Notes under the pieces: model-generated | Told to the model about the DNA's origin: nothing | The model's database searches: none | The model's input: only the letters and a program-made list of their open reading frames with translations | Shown here: positions 60,008-64,000 of the stretch, one piece after another | How positions within the stretch are numbered: position 1 is the first letter of the stretch | Layout: every line of letters starts with the position of its first letter | Source of the DNA: Nitrospirota bacterium | GTDB lineage: Bacteria; Nitrospirota; UBA9217 | Length of the DNA: 64,000 nucleotides | Assembly: GCA_963840455.1 (NCBI GenBank) | Contig: CAWIYV010000011.1 | Location: 672,001-736,000 of the forward strand | Direction of reading: 5' to 3' | Made by a program: the position numbers and the translations under genes

Positions 60008-60199
60008 GAAAATTATTTATATTTTGAGAAGTTACAGGGTGGGACAGCTTTTGGGACCGTTGCCAATTTTATTCGTGACAAGGGGATTGAAAATGGGTAG
60101 AATTGCCGGCAGGTGAAAGAAGAAAGCGGTAAAAGGACAGATAAAAAACAGTCGCTTTCGCTTTTCTCTTACTTTTTAATTCTCACTTTTCAACCTATC

Positions 60200-60499
60200 A
60201 TGCCCGATCATTTCATCTCATCGGACGAAGAGCACATCAAGCGGGAAAAAGCACGCGCCCGGGAGCTCCGAAATTCCCAGTGGTGGAAGCGGAAACGCTC
60301 AAGCGGTACCTGCTACTATTGCGGCGGCAAGTTCAAGGCTGATGAGCTTACTATGGACCACCTCATCCCGATCGTACGCGGAGGCAGATCGATCGCGGGC
60401 AACGTGGTCCCCGCCTGCAAGGAATGCAACACCAAGAAAAAATACCTCCTCCCTACGGAATGGGAAGAGTACCTGGCGAATCTGAAAAAAGAGGAATAA
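60200..60499 (+). CDS. Stand-alone HNH endonuclease
   Basis: CYYC..LTMDH.IP..RGG.S..GN.VPAC.ECN. Confidence 0.9.
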   Translation: MPDHFISSDEEHIKREKARARELRNSQWWKRKRSSGTCYYCGGKFKADELTMDHLIPIVRGGRSIAGNVVPACKECNTKKKYLLPTEWEEYLANLKKEE

Positions 60500-60563
60500 A
60501 CCGGACAGGGCGATCGGACGCGGATCTGCTCAGATAAGATCTGATCCGTCAATTGCTTTTGTT

Positions 60564-60681
60564 TTGAATCCAGGAGCGAGCGCATTCCCCGAAGCTTGCT
60601 GCGGGGTTAGCGAGCGATTAGAATAAATATTACTACCTTGAGGATCGAGGACTCCCTGCAGCTTTCTGAAGGGAGCTTCAA
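60564..60681. repeat. TTGAA...TTCAA MITE/REP-like element (two-hairpin form)
   Basis: TTGAATCCAGGAGCGAGCGCATTCCCCGAAGCTTGCTGCGGGG...CTCCCTGCAGCTTTCTGAAGGGAGCTTCAA; relatives at 35858, 62828, 34779. Confidence 0.8.
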
Positions 60682-60773
60682 TGAGAAAAGAAAAGGCCAT
60701 GATTGTAGAACTTCTTTGAATTCCGCCCTTATCGGACGTTATTAGATTTGATCCGCATCCAAATGACTTTCTC

Positions 60774-60810
60774 AAAAAAAAGCGGGGATCATCGATCCTC
60801 GCTTCTCTTT
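60774..60810. terminator. Bidirectional intrinsic terminator
   Basis: A-tract, AAGCGGGGATC-ATC-GATCCTCGCTT, T-rich tail. Confidence 0.7.
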
Positions 60811-60928
60811 GTCTTGCCGCTTTGCAATGTCTTGCTGTATCTTTATCAGGTTTTGACCTTTCCCCGTGTCCCCCCGTCTCCGCGTCTCCGTGTCAGTCTT
60901 TTCTTATCCCCCTGTTGCCGTGTCGGCG

Positions 60929-61444
60929 CTATACCTCTTCCCGCGCCCAGTCCACTCGCACCAGTTTGTTGTCGTGGGACCAGTGGTACTTCACGTCGCC
61001 GTGGAATGCCTTTTTTATGGCCCTGCCGAGACGCTGGGCGAGCTTCTCGTTCGTCGTGTTGATGATGATGCTCCCGTGACCGTTCTCCTTGATGGACATC
61101 ACCCGTTCCAGGGGATTGAAGCCGCGGGCCCGGTCCTCCTCGTTCTTGACAAGCTTGATGAGCTCCCGTTTATGTGGCAGCACATAACCGCCCACTAAGG
61201 TCACGATGCCGCCCGGGAAGTTGTCCCGGATCTTGAGGCATGCAGGGCAGACCACCTTCATCATCACCGTTCCGGCCTTGATGATCTCGGGGCCCACGTA
61301 CCAGCGCTTGTTCCGGTACACAGCCTGGCAGCCCTCGCATACCGCAGCGCCCTGTCCGCCCTTCGTAATGTACGTATCGGTGATCACGATCTTTTTCTTA
61401 TAGCTGGTGCTGTACTTCTTTCCTTTCCCTGCGGGTGTCTTCAT
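60929..61444 (-). CDS. BCAM0308-family protein (Zn ribbon + alpha/beta domain)
   Basis: CxxC.AVY...RW, CPAC..I.D..PGG, NPLER.M, LA.RLG.AI.KAF.G, VRV.W.R; SD GAGGAGG. Confidence 0.8.
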   Translation of the reverse strand: MKTPAGKGKKYSTSYKKKIVITDTYITKGGQGAAVCEGCQAVYRNKRWYVGPEIIKAGTVMMKVVCPACLKIRDNFPGGIVTLVGGYVLPHKRELIKLVKNEEDRARGFNPLERVMSIKENGHGSIIINTTNEKLAQRLGRAIKKAFHGDVKYHWSHDNKLVRVDWAREEV

Positions 61445-61484
61445 GGCCTGCCTCCTCACTGCTCACGTTGCTGACGGTGACCGT

Positions 61485-61697
61485 TTATCTCACCTTGCGA
61501 TGGATCTCAGTGAACTGCGTCTTGAACTCCGGCAGGTTCCTCGTCAAGAACAGCTTCAGCGCCTTGAGCTCCCTCACGATGTCGCGTTGGCCTTCTTCAA
61601 GATCGAGGCCCCGCTTCTTGAAGGAGTCACCGAGGTTTGCGACAGCCTTTTCGAGGATCCTGACCCGTTCCAAGGCATCATCCGTTATCTTCGGCAT
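61485..61697 (-). CDS. Small helical hypothetical protein (70 aa)
   Basis: SD GGGAGGGAG; co-oriented in a 3-gene run. Confidence 0.7.
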   Translation of the reverse strand: MPKITDDALERVRILEKAVANLGDSFKKRGLDLEEGQRDIVRELKALKLFLTRNLPEFKTQFTEIHRKVR

Positions 61698-61712
61698 GGC
61701 TGCTCCCTCCCT

Positions 61713-62018
61713 TCAGCGATTAAGCTTCTGCCCGAGCTTCTGCTCGACCGATTCGAGCTTGGTGTCGAGACGTTCGCCCTTGCCCTTGTAATCGTCGATC
61801 TTGATGGTCGTCACGACCCGGTCCGCGTCCTTCAGGGCCTCGTCATGGCATTTTTTAATGAGGTCCATCAACTGTCCCCACTCCCCTTCGACCACCGTCC
61901 CCATGGGATTCGCCTTATACCGCACACCATTCTCCATGATGATCTTCATCACCCGGGCTATCACCGGGCTGACGCTCGCGCCTTTCCCCAGCGGGACAAT
62001 GCTAAACTCGGCCATCAT
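61713..62018 (-). CDS. MTH1187/UPF0045 thiamine-binding family protein
   Basis: EFSIVPLG..SVS, NPMGTVVEG, RV.T.IKID, K..SVE; SD AAGGAGG. Confidence 0.9.
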   Translation of the reverse strand: MMAEFSIVPLGKGASVSPVIARVMKIIMENGVRYKANPMGTVVEGEWGQLMDLIKKCHDEALKDADRVVTTIKIDDYKGKGERLDTKLESVEQKLGQKLNR

Positions 62019-62298
62019 GTTCAGCTGCCTCCTTCTTCTCAGGAATCGAGGACTTGCGGAGAAAAACACTGATAATATAAGTACACGTACCTCACAAGTA
62101 AAGTATAGCGCTCGTTACGGGGTATGTAAAGGAATGCAGCCGTGACGCGCAAGGACCGCTTGTGCCTCGGAGAAGAGTTTCTCATTGAAAAACAATGTTT
62201 TTTACTTCATAATGAGAAACAGATGGTGTTCGCATGTCGCAACGGCTTCAAACTGCGGCGCCGCTGAGTTCCGTATGTATTGATGAGGTTCAACGACC

Positions 62299-62817
62299 AT
62301 GAGCATATTGATAGGAAAAGAAATTTTGAAGGCTTTAAAAAATGGATCGATCGCTGTCGAACCATTCGACAGATCGCAGATCGGACCCGGCTCGATCGAT
62401 CTTACGCTCGGCAATGATTTCCGGGTCTTTAAAAAGCAATCAAAGGTCTATCACATCAAGAATGACTCCCGGTTCGAAGATATAACCAAAAGCGTTCATG
62501 TTGCGGATGGCGGCTATGTCGTGATAAAACCGGGCGAGATGATCCTGGGGATCACGAAAGAAAAGATCACCCTCGCCGATAATATCTCGGGCCGGCTTGA
62601 AGGCAGGAGCAGATTTGCGCGTTTTGGACTTGCGGTCCATGTTACCGCAGGTTTCATGCATCCCGGCATCTCGAACCATCAGGTCCTGGAAATAGTCAAT
62701 CTCGGGCATGGACCCTTGGCGTTGTATCCGGGCACCAAGATCTGTCAGTTCGTATTCGAGAAATGTGAAGGCCATGCTCAATACAAGGGAAGATTTGTCG
62801 AGCAGATCAGGCCGTGA
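62299..62817 (+). CDS. dcd: dCTP deaminase
   Basis: PGSIDL.LG, GRSRFARFGL.VH.TAG, LEIVN, ICQF; TTGAAA-17-CATAAT promoter at 62185-62213. Confidence 0.88.
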   Translation: MSILIGKEILKALKNGSIAVEPFDRSQIGPGSIDLTLGNDFRVFKKQSKVYHIKNDSRFEDITKSVHVADGGYVVIKPGEMILGITKEKITLADNISGRLEGRSRFARFGLAVHVTAGFMHPGISNHQVLEIVNLGHGPLALYPGTKICQFVFEKCEGHAQYKGRFVEQIRP

Positions 62818-62827
62818 ACTTGATCCC

Positions 62828-62974
62828 TTGAAGGTCCCACGGAATCTTCGAACCTCAGGGTAGTATGGTTAGCCTCATCGCTCGCTAGCCCCCTGCACTC
62901 GCGGTTCCACTCGTAAACGCTGGGGGCAAGACCCCGCAGCAAGCTGCGGGGACCGTACTTGCTCCTGGATTCAA
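62828..62974. repeat. TTGAA...TTCAA MITE/REP-like element (inverted versus 60564 copy, with internal insertion)
   Basis: TCGAACCTCAGGGTAGT...ATCGCTCGCTA...CCCCGCAGCAAGCTGCGGGG...CTCCTGGATTCAA. Confidence 0.8.
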
Positions 62975-62993
62975 AGCATAAGCGCGCGCTCTC

Positions 62994-63896
62994 ATGCTCA
63001 TGCGAATCGTTCTCAAATCGATCATTATCTTCCTGTTCCTTCTCCTGTACACGCTGATCGCGCTGGGCATCATGGCTCTGCCCGCAGGGCGCGCGCGGAA
63101 GCGGGCGCGTCTGACCGGGAACGTCATGTTCTTCGCGCGCCTCGGCCTCCGTGTGCTGGGCATCCGCATGCTCTCCCGCCGTCAGAAACGAAAAGGCATC
63201 CGCGCGCGCGCGGTGAACTATCTCATCATCGCGAACCATCTCTCCTACACCGACATCCTCGTTGTCGGGGCCCTCATGCCATCGGTGTTCATCACCTCGG
63301 TTGAGCTGAAGCGCACGTTCCCGCTCGGCATGCTCGCGTGGCTCGGCGGCAGCATCTTCGTGGAGCGGCGAAGTCCGGCGGGGCTCAAGCAAGAGATCAG
63401 AGAGATCGAGCAGGTGCTTGCCGAAGGGACCTCGGTCGCCTTGTTCCCGGAAGGTACGACCTCGGACGGAGATACCGTGAGGCCCTTCAAGAACTCGCTT
63501 ATCACCGCGGCCATCGGCACGGGCTCGAGCCTTCTCCCGGTCTGCATCCGTTACACCAAGGTCAACGGCCACCCGGTGAGAACGCATAACCGGGACCTGG
63601 TCTATTACTACGGAGGGACGACGTTCTTCGAGCACCTGCCGCGACTGCTCAAGCTCAAGACCATCGAGGTGGAATGCGTCGTGCTGCGGCCCATTTCGAC
63701 GCACCAGCATCATTCGAGAAAAGACCTGGCCACCAGGGCGCATGCCCTGATCAGCGCGGCGTACCACGAACGGCCATCGGGCCGCACCGGGCAGCAGGAA
63801 CAATTCGTGGAACCATCCCCGGCTGAGTCTCCCGGGGACAGGCAGATGAGCACAGATAAAAGCGGAATTTCCAGCTCGGGGGAAAGGCATCCTTAG
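62994..63896 (+). CDS. Lysophospholipid acyltransferase (PlsC/OlsA-like)
   Basis: NHLSYTD (HxxxxD), FVER, FPEGT; N-terminal TM. Confidence 0.9.
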   Translation: MLMRIVLKSIIIFLFLLLYTLIALGIMALPAGRARKRARLTGNVMFFARLGLRVLGIRMLSRRQKRKGIRARAVNYLIIANHLSYTDILVVGALMPSVFITSVELKRTFPLGMLAWLGGSIFVERRSPAGLKQEIREIEQVLAEGTSVALFPEGTTSDGDTVRPFKNSLITAAIGTGSSLLPVCIRYTKVNGHPVRTHNRDLVYYYGGTTFFEHLPRLLKLKTIEVECVVLRPISTHQHHSRKDLATRAHALISAAYHERPSGRTGQQEQFVEPSPAESPGDRQMSTDKSGISSSGERHP

Positions 63897-63977
63897 CAGT
63901 TTAATGAACGTATCTTGCGCGGCGGATTAATTCTTCGTCCCCGTGAAAACGGAGATAGAGCAAATATCTGAATGCCC

Positions 63978-64000
63978 TGGATTCCCGCCTGGGCGGGAAT
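63978..64000. repeat. dRS3-like REP palindrome (truncated at window edge)
   Basis: GGATTCCC-GCCTGGGC-GGGAAT (ATTCCC-N8-GGGAAT). Confidence 0.6.

Noticed and set aside
60200-60499. HNH gene as the mobiliser of the repeats or as a homing element
   Set aside because: Looks like a common stand-alone short HNH; nearby repeats do not clearly bracket it as matched arms; no intron or intein context.

Overview
Bacterial chromosome window, probably Nitrospirota- or Desulfobacterota-like (inferred from gene order and protein style; not verified). The right half (31.7-64 kb) is core genome: a complete minus-strand dcw cluster (mraZ-STAS-rsmH-ftsL-ftsI-murE-murF-mraY-murD-ftsW-murG-murC-murB-ddl-ftsQ-ftsA-ftsZ), then blc, a plus-strand block (FKBP, trmJ, two sigma54-preceded Cys/Trp 'two-CW' paralogs), and radical SAM-pgeF-yggS-proC-yggT-divIVA-DUF167 leading into tmRNA (31275-31624, tag ANNELAYAA). 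The left part (1-19 kb) holds envelope and stress genes: Do/DegP, M16 and S41 proteases, Slp, a membrane diheme cytochrome, MFS-glucose dehydrogenase-glucoamylase, mprF-acvB and msrAB. The main find is a ~12-kb integrase-less array downstream of tmRNA (19057-31297). Two ~360-bp direct repeats each carry a copy of the tmRNA 3' end, a terminator, and paired ATACCCC arm-like sites with half-core motifs on both sides. They delimit two ~5.6-kb cargo modules of metal/redox/stress genes, and a decayed ~95-bp tmRNA fragment closes the array. The second find is a set of 7/8/9-mer periodic tandem and inverted repeats at many core gene junctions, plus a TTGAA...TTCAA MITE/REP-like family. All alignments were made by eye; no searches were run.
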